Assembly (NCBI RefSeq): GCF_006345805.1
Contig: NC_043001.1
Location: forward strand, 42,532,001-42,596,000
Source: Octopus sinensis
Taxonomy: Eukaryota
Reading direction: 5' to 3'
DNA: 64,000 nt
Shown here: positions 51,275 through 63,128 of the stretch, piece by piece
Position numbering within the stretch: the stretch's first letter is position 1
Layout of the letters: every line of letters starts with the position of its first letter
The notes under the pieces: model-generated
Told to the model about the DNA's origin: nothing
Seen by the model: only the letters and a program-made list of their open reading frames with translations
Database searches by the model: none
Made by a program: the position numbers and the translations under genes

Positions 51275-51939
51275 CTAGTTTAAGGTGATCCGCTCTACGC
51301 ACGGGTGTGGTTGTTACTTTCTGTTTCTTATCGCCACATTCTCCCTCTTTGTTTCTCTCTCACTTTCCCATTCTCGTACTCTTCCTTTCTGTCAGACTCT
51401 CCCTTGCTTTCACTTATGCGTGCACATAAAATCACAAAAATAATTCAAAATTACTTAAAATTTTGTGAAATTTGATTTTTTTTTTCTGGTATAGTTTGAT
51501 GATTCATGATGCAAATGAAAGCTAAAATTTTGGCCTTTAAGACAATGCCATTTTTACCCATGTAAACCAAATAATGCAAACAGAAAAAATTAAGTCTAAA
51601 AATAGGGCAAAAATGTACTCTTTTTTAAAAGTTGAAAAATTTTATCCCACTTTCCAAAATCCACCAAATTTTTACACCCATAATTAAAGATAACTGCCTC
51701 TAGCCCCTGCAGCAACACAAAAAGCCACCATTACTCAAACAGCACAACCTGTCTATCCCATAAAACTCAATTTTTCCCAACCCTCCTCACACCATTGCCC
51801 ACCCCATTTTACCCCCCAGTGTAAATTTTGGCGCCAATCCGACCCCATCTACCGCCCCTTAAACTGTTCCCATCCCAAAATGAGACAAACAACCAAGAAA
51901 TCAAACAACTTTTTCGCATTTCAGCTTTATAGATATTGA
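51275..51939 (-). mobile_element. Non-autonomous Helitron (665 bp); a second 5' end at 52058
   Basis: 5' end A|TCAATATCTATAAAGCTGAAATGCG. The 3' end has a degenerate hairpin CCCGTGCGTAGAGCGG followed by CTAG|T. Confidence 0.7.
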
Positions 51940-52269
51940 TGAAAATCAGAGGGAAGGAAAGAGAGAGATCAAGGAAGACAGAGTGATATCCGAAAGAGAG
52001 AAACGAAAAACACTTGTCAAAATCTGGGTTTTACGCATTTCAGCTTTATAGACATTGATTATGGGTATGACTATAAACTACATGCAGTAGTGGGAACCTG
52101 GGGCTCTGGTTCCAGGGTTTGAGGAGTATGGAACCACGATTATTCTCACTTGTAAGGGTCCAAGCTATGGGTTAACTAGCAAACCCCCTGCAATGGAGGA
52201 GGGAATTGGTAGAATGCTTGGCATAAGAGGTGACTAAAAGGGATGGATGTGAAGGGACTAGGAATTCAC

Positions 52270-52930
52270 TCGTCCTAGTAATTTCAGTCCTAAAAATTTC
52301 TTTGGATTTCTATGTTTTCAATATAGAATACAATTCCACCCAAAAGTTACATTTTCAAAATTTTTATTTCCCCACCCTCATCTCAATTTTTAACTTTATT
52401 GAATTTTTTTTAAAAATTCATATAGAAAAATACAGAAATTACGAATTTGGGAATTTCTTTTTTTTAAAAGAAACACTCAATGCTTCTCCCCATTTACACA
52501 CCCATCACCTCCCTGCTTTCAAAAAACTAAAAACTCAGAATGTTTCACTTAGAATTCTACTGAAATAGTAGACATCAAAAATGTCAGACCACCACCAGAA
52601 AACCTGACAAGCTAGAAACAGACAAACAACATTATTTCTGAAAAAACTTCTCTGCTTTCTAAAAGGCTAAAAGTGAAACATTCGGAGGTGATGGGTGGAG
52701 GTTGGGGAAAGAGATTTGAGTGTTTCCTTAAGAAAAAAAATTCTTAAAGATTTGTAATCTCTATTTTTCTATGTGGATTTTTAAAAAAAATTCAAAAAAG
52801 TTCAAAATTAAAAAATTGGGGTGGGGAGAGTTAGGGTTGTTAAATTTTAAAAATGTATTGTTTGGGCAAAATCCTAATCTATATCAAAAGCATAGAAATC
52901 CAAAGAAGTTTCGGGGAAAAAAATGGTGGG
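52270..52930. mobile_element. Fold-back element with imperfect ~220-bp inverted arms; relative at 60250-60910
   Basis: 52290-52520 is inverted versus 52690-52910; the centre is the reverse complement of 60510-60680. Confidence 0.7.
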
Positions 52931-54700
52931 GAGGGGTGCAAATTATCCAATAAATGTTTTTGAAATATTCATCCCCACCCCCTAATTCTAAAACTTTCCA
53001 CTGTCTTTCAATTTTTTTGTTTTTTTTTTTTAAATACGGACAGACCAATTCTGCCATTGACTTCTCTTTATAATTTCAAAATTTTTTAAGTACTGCAAAA
53101 TCAAAATTGTTGCATGTTTGTCTAAGAGAAAACCATTTACTAACAAAAAACAATGTTATTAAAACACATTATCTCTAACATACCTTTAAATAATTGCGAG
53201 AAAACATTTACTGAAAGAGAATCATGTTATGAAAATAAACTATCTGTAATATACATGAGTGTAGGACAAAAGTCCCTCGGACAAAAGGCCCATAGTTAAA
53301 GTGTAAAGGCAGATATAAGCCCTATGATTATATTTTTTTATTGTTTTTCCATTTTTTTCACCTTGAAGAATTTTTAGTCAAACGTATCAACCCCAGAATT
53401 TTTTCCCCTTTTTATGTGTTATAGTTATTAGACCGCAGCCATGCTGGGGCACCACCTTGTAGAATTTTTAGTCGAATGTAACAACCCCAGAATTTTTTCA
53501 AATGATTTGCAACCAGTGCATGAAGTTAAGCCTAGAAGGTATTTTGACATGCTAGAAATAACAACCAAATCTATTGAAATTTTTTTTTATAACCACCCTT
53601 AGTTTTTTTTACATTCTAAAAATCTTTTTACTTGGATTGCGGCCATGCTGGGGTACCATCTTGAAGAATTTTTGGTGGCAGAAAAGTAGCATTTTAAAAT
53701 ATATAAAGTTTTTTGTTTCCTTCTCTCAGCACTGACAGATTAATGGGAATAAGTTGACCTTTTGAACTTTCTCCTTAAAATTATTCTAAAAACGAGGAAA
53801 GTAATTGAAACACATGGAACATATCATTATGAAGGATGTAGATATTTTGGTAAATTTTGATCCTTTTACCCACACAATTTTCACTAAGAGAAAAAAAAAA
53901 AAAAAAAAGCTCGGATCTCTTGTGTGGAATCAAGTACCCTGACCTCCTAATAGGCTGCAAATCCCGTATTTTTGTTCGGAAAAAAGAGTGGGTGGGAAAC
54001 TGGAACCCCACACCCACCCATGCACCCATCCTGGAATCATTGGAAATTTTTTTTTTTTCGTTGAATGAATTCTGGTGACCTCCTAATATGCTACAATTAC
54101 CCTTTTTTTGGGTCCAGAAAACAGGGTGGGGTGAAGTGGAAGCCTCGGAAATTTCACCCCACCCCCACCCCCATTGATCTTTTCACTAAGAAAAAAGAAA
54201 CTCGGATTTTTTGTATGGAATTATGTAGCCTGACCTCCTAATATAATGCAAACCCCTTATTTTTGTTCGGAAAAGGAGGGAGGGGAACCTGACCTCTCCC
54301 CCATATCCTGGAATCACTGGAAGTTCTTTTTCGTTGAATGAATTCTGGTAACCTCCTAATATGCTTTTTTAGGTCTGGAAAACGAGGTGGGATGGGGTGG
54401 AACTCTCGGAAATTTCACCCCCACCCCCATTTTCAAATAGTTTTTGCTATTTCTTTCTTTACCCATAATTTTAGATAACATTTAGCAGAAATACGTTTTC
54501 AAGAAAGTGTGGATTACATTAGATTGAAACTTCAAAGAAGTTTGAAATGAATGAGAGTGAGAGAGAGAGAGGGGGAGCGAGGAGTGAGAGCATGAGAGTG
54601 AGACAAAGAAAGAGAGAGTGAGTGGGTGACGAGGTTTACCCAAACTTTGAATGATGATGATAAATGAATGATATATAATGATATATATAATTATGATATA

Positions 54701-56860
54701 CTAGCAGAGATACCTGGCGTTGCCTGTCTTACATGCAATTGAAGAATTAGACTTTTCTGTTATATTTTCTGTAATGAACTGGAATATCTATGTTTTGAAT
54801 TTCATCAAAATTGCAGATGAGGGTTATTTCCCTCTTTACACATCCTAAAAAAATTGTAATCGTGCCACATGTATCACATACTACTGATTTTTATGCACAT
54901 ATTCCAAAATTCCAGTCTTATTGAACCTGAGAAAAGGATTTTGCTCCTGAAAAATGAAGGTCATGGAGCTCTAAAATGTGAGAGATAAGGCCCCTGTTGG
55001 GGGTGGACATCTTAATGTCAACCAGAGAAGTTGAATTGTTGAGAATCTTTTTAACTATGGGTTTTATATCTATTGTTTGAATTTCTTTGAAATAGGAAAT
55101 ATATGTTCACTAGGTTTGTAAAAGAGAGCAAAGCTACAGGAAACCAAAAGACAAATGATCACAATAAGCAGTCAGCTACCCTACCCTAGTTGTTACCACT
55201 CCCAATGTAGGATTCCTCAACATCAAGGTGACAGGCACAGCCGTAAGATGCATTACAAATCTATAGCAACTGGAAGGGTGTGACCCAACTGAAATAAACA
55301 TTAACAACTGTGTGACGTGAGGGCTAAGGAGAAATGAAAGTGTCACCTCTGGAGTTTGCAAATGACCACTATACTGATACGTAACTGGACAGAATAAATT
55401 TACAATCTATAAATGTCTTTGAATAACCAGTCACTCATCTGGGAAGGCCTTGAAATCAATGTTACCATCTGGGGACTATGTGTGACCCAGTGATAATAAA
55501 AAGACTGAAAGGAGGTCTGCAATCAAATAACTTTACTCAACACTTTGCAACTGAATCAGTGTAGGCAAAGATGCCTCTCATTTACCTGACAATTTATGCA
55601 CCACATTGCAGAAATCACAATTTAAGTGTATGTCAAAGAAAAAAGGTTACACTGTTGTACCATTGAATTACAAATAATGCTCATTTTTTATGCTCGGGTA
55701 ATCCTACAGCTTCCAAGAGCACAACTGTATTCATTTTTGCTTAGATAAAATGACAAAATTGTGGGTGTTAAGTCCCCATGGAGGGGTCTTTCTAACCTAT
55801 GCCCTTATGCATAGAATATAATTTCCAAATTTCATAAAGATCCATTCAGTACTTTTGACCTAGTTTTGAATCATAAAAGAAATTACTAAAATTTGGGAGT
55901 TAAGGCCTCCGTTACGGTGTTATATATATATATATATACATACACACACAAAGATAAATTGATAGATACAACTAAGTGGGCAAACAAAAATATGAGACAC
56001 AGCCTAGTGGTTTTTTTATGTTGATAAGCCTGGTACTTATTCTATTAATTTGTTCTTGTGAAACCAGTAAGTTATGGGGATGTAAATAAAGGAACAGCAG
56101 TTGTGAAGCAGTGATTAGGGAGAAAAACAAAGACACACACATAGACTTAAATATATACATACATATATATATACAATTGATTTTTTTCAGTTTCTGTCTA
56201 CAAAATCCACTGACAAGGCTTTGGTTGGTCTGAGGCTATAGCAGATGACACATGCCAAGTTACCACACAGCCACACCTGCACCTATGTATGTGTATGTGA
56301 ATATATGTATGCATGTATATATGTGTATATATATGTGTACATATTACATGTATATATATATATATATATGCATCTACACATACACGTATACATATACATC
56401 TATATCTATAGAAATACACCTATACATATACATGTGTATATATATATATATATATATACACATGTAAATTTAAATTTAAAATAATAAGGGTGAAAAATTG
56501 AATATTAATTTAATTAATATGAATTGAAAACCAGTGGTGTAGCATATAAGACCATAGCAGATCCTCTAGCACTGTTAATGGTTTATCCCTCTTATATAAT
56601 AGTTTCAGTATTAAAGTGAAAGCATCTGACATTACACTACAGAGATGTTTTTGCTTCACTTTAAACACGTAATACTGAAATAGTGGAGAAGATATGATAT
56701 TGTTGTGGGCTCACCCTAGGTAAGAAGTTAAAATTTTTTTGCCCATGACACTACATGGACCCTAAGTAAAGCATGTGTAAAATTTGAATGAAATTGGTTG
56801 TGTAGTTCTCAAGTTTTAGGGATTCAGACAGACACACATTCTCAGTTTTATATATATAGA
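54701..56860 (-). mobile_element. Possible Helitron: 5' A|TC end at 56860, 3' hairpin plus CTAG at 54701-54730, with nested SINE and microsatellites
   Basis: Both termini match Helitron patterns (TCTATATATATAAAAC; CAGGCAACGCCAGGTATCTCTGCTAG|T). That they belong to one element is inferred. Confidence 0.45.
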
Positions 56861-58450
56861 TTGTGACACTATTCTCCCCACCCTCTCCACAAAAATGAAC
56901 CTCATTTCAATGCCTAAAATTGCAAATTTATTTTGCAATCTGGTATTATTATATCCTGTCATTTTTAAGAGGTAGGAAAAAAATATTTTTGTTTTAATAT
57001 TATACTTTTACTTCTTTCTACACATACATGCAAAAACTCAAACGTTTTTTTGCTTAGATGAATTTATCGTTTGTTATCTCTCCACACACTTCGTTACGAC
57101 TAACTTCTATAACCTTTACATTTTCACTTATTCATTTCAAACTTCCTTGAATTTTCAATCTAATGTAATCCACACTCCCTCGAAAATGTATTTCTGCTGA
57201 ATGTTATCTAAAATTATGGGTCAAGAAAGAAATAGCAAAGAATATTTTGAAATGGGGGGGGGAATTTCCAAGGGTTCCACACCACCGCACCTCGTTTTCT
57301 GAGTATTATTTGATATTCATTTCATCCGCACGATTTTCAATAACAAAAAAAAAAAAAAGAAAGAAAGAAACTTGGATCTTTTGCGTGGAATCAAGTACCT
57401 TGACCTCCTAATATGCTGCAAATCCCTTTTTTTTGTTTGGAAAAAAAAAAGGAAGGTGGGAAACCGGACACCACCCCATCCCGGAATAATTGGAAATTTA
57501 CTATTTTCCGGACCCCCAAAAGGGTTTTGCAGCATATTAGGAGGTCACCGAAATTCATTCAACGAAAAAAAAAATTCCAACGATTCCAGGAGAGGGGGGG
57601 GTCCGGTTTCCCACCCACCCCTTTTTTCCAAACAAAAACAAGAGATGTGTAGCATATTAGGAGGTCAGGGTACTTGATTCTATGCAAAAAATCCGAGTCT
57701 TTTTTTTTCTTAGTGAAAATCGATCAATTAATGCCAAACATTAAATTCCTCAAGGTGTTGCTCCAGCATGGCCATAGTCTAATGACTGCAACAAGTAAAA
57801 AGAAAAACAAAAATAAATTATATCACAGAAGTGGTTTTGGTCAAGCTTAAAAAAAAATTCTGGGTTCCATACAGTCATCTAAAAATTCAAGGCGGTGTCC
57901 CAGCATGGCCAGCCGCAGTCTAATAATAACTGCATCAACTAAAACAAAAATTCTGGTGTCGATACATTCAACTAAAAATTCTAAAAAATTGTGACCATGC
58001 TATGAATCACTCTCATTTCAAAGAAAATAAGGGTCTGTTTTGTTAGAAATAAAGAGAGAGTGCGTATTATGTCATTCTTCCAATTTTTCCGGCTTAGGAA
58101 GGGTCTCATCGAAAATGAGAAAGAAGAGTTACATGCCACATGTTTCTTATTGAAAACCAGAAACACTGGAAGCGGTAATGATTTAAAGGTATTTTGAGAT
58201 AATTTATTTTAATAACAATTTTCTGTTATTGTGTCTGGGGAGAGTCATTCTCTTTTAGTGCCTTATTAATTCAACACACCTGTTTGATTTCCACTCATTT
58301 ACTTATTTTTACTAAAACTGTCGTTGCGTCTTGCAACCTTTTCAATTTTCTGTTAGTAAATGTTTTTCTCTTACACAAACACGCAAGACTTGATAGTGGA
58401 AAGTTTTGGAATTAGGGGTGTGGGGTAAAATATTTTAAAAAATTTTAAAA

Positions 58451-58849
58451 TTTGGTAATCCTTCAGTATGTGGTGGTTAAAAAAGTAAATAAAAATTAAA
58501 GGGAAAATAACAACTAGGAATTACTGGAAGCTTAAATGACGTTATGTACACTCACGAAGTGATTGTAAATCAGAACTTTGTAGATCCGACAAATAAAGAC
58601 GTTCATACATAAAATGCGGATGCGTGTAAAAAAAACAAAAAACTATGACGTGAATTTGAAATGTAAGATAATTTATTCGTTCCATATTCATACGAATTTA
58701 TATGGAGGAATTCTACACCAAAGAAAAAAACACTTGTTCACTTTTTGGTTGCTATAGCCAACGTCTACGTTAAATGTAAGTTGAGTTATTCATCTCCCCT
58801 TTAATTTTTTATTTACTTTTTAAGCACCACATACTGAAGGATTACCAAA
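58451..58849. mobile_element. MITE-like element with ~53-bp inverted repeats
   Basis: tttggtaatccttcagtatgtggtgg...ttaaaggg versus ccctttaa...caccacatactgaaggattaccaaa. Confidence 0.7.
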
Positions 58850-59248
58850 AAAAAAAAATTGGATAATCGTATTAATTCCATTGTGAAATCCAAGAATTTT
58901 AAAAAATCGAAAAAACAGTGGAAAATTTTAGAATTAAGGGAGTATAGGGGTTTATTAAAAAATTATTTTTTATTGGATAACGGTATTAATTCCATTATGC
59001 AGAAGACAGAATTGAAAAAAATTGTGAAAATTCTTAAAAATAAAAAGTTATGAGAGGTTTTAGTACGTCAAAAATTAATAATTTCTCTTCCAAAGAAAGT
59101 GACATTCTCTTTCTTTCACTTTTTCATTAGAATGTATCGAGACACTATGTTGTCACAACACTATTAAAACTTTACTAATTTGACCGATCTGTGACTAAAC
59201 CGGGATTTAATTTAATTTTATACAAACTTTGCTATCAATTATATAGAT

Positions 59249-60244
59249 GGATCTTTTCATTTTGAAGGCCAGATTTTCCTAGTTAACTAAACAATTTGAA
59301 ACTTCGTATACTGGTAGAATGTGTCAAAAGAAAACATTACTGTAAACAAAATTGAAAACAAAATTGTAATTCGTAACTTAAACGTAGTTTAATTTTAAGA
59401 ATTTTAACCAATGAAATCGCAGCATTCGAGCTCAAATTATTTACCTCTTCTTCTGTCTTCTACATGTGCTAGAAATAACAGCTATATCTCTTAAATCGAT
59501 TAATTTCGTCGCCCAATAAAAATATTAACGATATTTTTTGAATATTTTCTTTATTTTTTTTTTACCGAAAAGGCGTCTCCCATGGTTTTGAAGGGCCAGA
59601 AACAACAAAAACAAAACAATAATATGCCTAAATCGGTCTCGAGTTTGCGCGTGGAGTATGAGTAGTATTGTAAAAATTTGTGAAATATGTTTTCATAAAA
59701 GGATGCCCCCAGCTTGTCGGAAGCTGTGACATAAATTGGGAAAAAAAATCCTCGACACCAGTGCGTAATTGGTACTTAATTTATCGACCCTGAAACGATG
59801 AAACATTGACCCCCCCCCCTTCTGGTTTATTTACCTTTTGTGCAAATTTGTTGCGGCAAGTGGCAAAACACGAACGTGTATTTTTGCTTGTGTGCGTATA
59901 TGTATATGTCCGTTTGTATGTGTGTGTACGCTTATATATTAATTACTATGTGTGTGTGTGTATATGTCCGTTTGTATGTGTGTGTGTACGCTTATATATT
60001 AATTACTATGTGCTTGTGCAAATGTGTGTGTGTGTGGTGCGTCTGCTATATTTCTTTATCAATATCGATAACGCAGCAATGCTGGGATTTCATTGGTTAA
60101 AATTCGTAAAAATTAAACTACGTTTAAGTTACGAATAACAATTTTGTTTACAATAATGTTTTCTTTTGACACATTCTACCAGTATACGAAGTTTCAAATT
60201 GTTTAGTTAACTAGGAAAATCTGGCCTTCAAAATGAAAAGATCC
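59249..60244. repeat. ~175-bp inverted repeat pair enclosing ~650 bp
   Basis: 59249-59426 is the reverse complement of 60078-60244; no TSD seen. Confidence 0.85.
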
Positions 60245-60279
60245 CCCCCCTTTTCCCAACCTCTACCCATCACCTCCGA

Positions 60280-60508
60280 GGTACTACTTGAGAACAGTGG
60301 TCCCGGTGCGCGCACTCGCGCTAGCTAGTCATGACTAGTCGATCCTTACTTTGTATTTTTGTGTTTTATTTACTTTGTTTAACAAAAATTATTTTGTTTT
60401 ATTTACTTTGCTAGGTAGTCGTTGTAGGATCGACTAGTCACGACTAGCTAGCGCGGGTGCGCGATTACGCGAGTGCGCGCACCGGGACCACTGTTCACAA
60501 GTAGTACC
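60280..60508. mobile_element. Merlin-like MITE (229 bp, 9-bp TSD CACCTCCGA)
   Basis: TIR GGTACTACTTG(A/T)GAACAGTGGTCCCGGTGCGCGCACTCGCG (41 bp, 1 mismatch), with a GGNRM-type terminus. TSD at 60271-60279 and 60509-60517. Confidence 0.9.
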
Positions 60509-61406
60509 CACCTCCGAATGTTTCCCTTTTAGCTTTTTTTCCAGAAATAATGTCGTTTAGCTGTTGTTTCTAGCATGTCGGATTTTCTGGTGGTGGTCTG
60601 ATATTTTTGACGTCTGCTATTCCAGTCGAATTCTACGCATGCGTGAAACATCAGACGAAAGCGGGAAGGTGATTGGTGGAAGGGGCATTGAGTGTTCCTT
60701 TAAAAAAAACCAAAATTTTTTTTTAAATTCCCAGATTCGTAATCTCTGCATTTTTTTTTTTACATGGATTAAAAAATATTTGAAAAAAGTTAAAAATTAA
60801 GAAATTGGGGTGAGGGAAATAAAAATTTTGAAAACGTGATTTTTGGGTAAAATCGTATTCTCCTATATCGAAAAACATAGAAATCCGAAGAAATTTTTGA
60901 AAAAGAGTAAAAAAACACCGGAAATGGTGGTTTACACGTCCTTTACCTTCGCCCAACCCTCGTGTCTATGTTAGAAACAATTATTATCTGTATGTTATTT
61001 ACATTCATCATGCACGGTTTCTGTTGAATTTATTTTCGTAAAATTTGTTTGTTATTTATCTAAACTGGCAGCAGATGATCTTGATTATAAAAGTACCAAG
61101 TTTGTGTTGTGCATCATTACTATAAAAACAGGAATGAAATAGCTTGGAGGAGGTGATTGAATTAACGTTATTCGATAATTTATGTACAGACTGTCTGTGT
61201 GTGTGTTTTACAATTTCTTCATTTCACAACGGTTTAGATCATAGCAGAGCACCGTATCAAATAAGAAAAAGTAACAAGATCGAGTTTTTCACCTGGGAAT
61301 AAACAATTAATCAATTACATAATACATACATGCACACATGCATACGTATGTGTGTATTAGTATGGGACAAATAAAAACGATTTAAAGAAATATGTATTTG
61401 ACATAC

Positions 61407-61870
61407 TGTGTGAGTTCTTTTACTTGACTGGGAAGTTCTCGAATTTGATTTGCACCCATATGTAAGTATCGAAGTCTAGACAATTTGAGAAAGCATGGTG
61501 GAATCTCGGTGAACTGGTTGCCGGACATGTTGATATCCTCAAGATTTTTAAGAGATGAGAGAGATTTACCAATTCCTTCAGTATTAAGCTGATTATTTCG
61601 AGCTATAAGTGTACGAAGCTTCACTAAATGATGAAAATCTTCCGATAATCGTGAGAGATTGTTGTTGCTGATATCGAGTTTAATTAAGTTCTTAAATCCT
61701 GCTATTTTTGGACCGAGGCAAGGTGAAAGTTGATTGTGGGAAAGAGACAGGGCCCTGAGTTTGAATGATTTATCCAGAATATCATCAGGGATTTCTTGTA
61801 AAGAAGAATAAGACATATCTTTAGCACAGTTCCCACTGAAGTCGCTATCAGAACTAGTAGAGCTATCCAT
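61407..61870 (-). CDS. LRRC58: LRRC58 coding exon 1 (leucine-rich repeats)
   Basis: MDSSTSS...LSLSHNQLSPCLGPKIAGFKNLIKLDISNNNL...MSGNQFTEIP... has regular LRR units. Phase-2 donor CA|GTATGT joins exon 2 in frame (CA+C = His). Confidence 0.92.
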
Positions 61871-62080
61871 GTCGGCGAACAGCTTTTTCTGTAACGGTAA
61901 AGGTACTAAGTTTTTCTTTCACAAACTGAATAATGTTTCCGTTTACTCCTAAAAAAAACTATCGAAATAGGAGGTAATTGCTTAATTGTATCCAAACTCT
62001 GTCTAATACAGAGCTGGTCCAGCCTCTCCGGCGACAGCAACCGCAACCAGCCGCCTGCTGCTAATTCTGCTGCTGCTTAC

Positions 62081-62173
62081 TGTGTTGTAACGGCCGCTGC
62101 TCCTGATAATGGTAACACTAAATCTACAACCAGCCTCCTCTATGTTCTTTCTCACATTGCTATGATTCGACAT
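62081..62173 (-). other. LRRC58: Candidate upstream LRRC58 exon (5' UTR or in-frame N-terminal extension)
   Basis: CpG/GC-richer patch with donor ACA|GTAAGC at 62080 and a pyrimidine-rich TTACAG| acceptor at 61889, predicting a 192-nt intron. The 5' boundary is unknown; 62173 is the ATG. Confidence 0.45.
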
Positions 62174-62929
62174 AAAAATATATTGTGTATTTGTACAATG
62201 TTCATCTACCACTTAACGTTATCTAACCTAGCTGAATGTTAATGCTAAAAGTGTCCTACTTAGCCGATACCCCTTATATAATTATACTGCTAAGCGCCTG
62301 GAAAAAAAATTGCCGCATCAGATTTTACTTACTATTTCTCATTGTTGATTAGACCATTACAAGCTGAATAGATATATTCTAATTAGTGTGAAAACAATAC
62401 TTAGAATAACATTGAGTTCTTTCATTCTTACATTCAATTTCCAAAGTAAATGACAAAATTTTATTATTTTTGTTTTTTATTAAGCAAACATATCTTGAAA
62501 TCTCGGTTTGTTCAGATGACTAATCTAATTATAAAATGAATGTAATCTGAACTAAATCTTTCACAGCCACGTTGTTTGGTTTTCCTTAAGGTGATTTTAA
62601 CTATTGTGATAAATTGATTTTTTTCTTACAAGGACAGGAAATAGATTTTAATTTCAGTGTGATAAATGGATTTCTATATTTGCAAGGACAGGAAATGTTT
62701 TAAGAATTGCACTTTTAAGGCCTGCTGGACATTCATTGGCACTTATTTGTAAACTAAAGCATGAGTTGTCCACTTTTTAAAACAGATCTCTGAGGTGTAT
62801 AAACTACAGGGATACAATTAAAGTTTTTAAAAAAATCATAAATTGCAATGAACAAATTAAATTATTTGATCAGACTATCAGATGTTGTTTATGCTGCTAG
62901 TCACAATGTGCTCCCTACATTGTAGCTTT

Positions 62930-63128
62930 TAAATGAAGCCTATCTTCTGGCTTCGCAGGCAGACCAGAATGCCAGTCTGTCACAGGGTTACCCATTTACA
63001 GCTGAGTGGACTGGAGCAACATGAAACGAAGTATTTTCATGAACAAAATACACCACTGGTCTGAGAATCAAAACTACAATCTTGTGATTGTGTATGCAAC
63101 ACCTTAAACACTAGGCCATGCACTTTCA
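62930..63128 (-). mobile_element. Degenerate tRNA-derived SINE
   Basis: Head GAAAGTGCATGGCCTAGTGTTTAAGG...GATTCTCAGACC, plus core TTGCTCCAGTCCACTCAGCTGTAAATGG. Confidence 0.65.

Noticed and set aside
55100-55740. Helitron helicase remnant
   Set aside because: Only faint motif echoes (e.g. PVTLMLRN) across many stops; not supportable by eye.
53920-57670. CRISPR-like recurring tgacctcctaatatgc repeats
   Set aside because: The context is eukaryotic, spacing is irregular, spacers are themselves repeated and there are no cas genes; these are internal sub-repeats of a transposon-like module.
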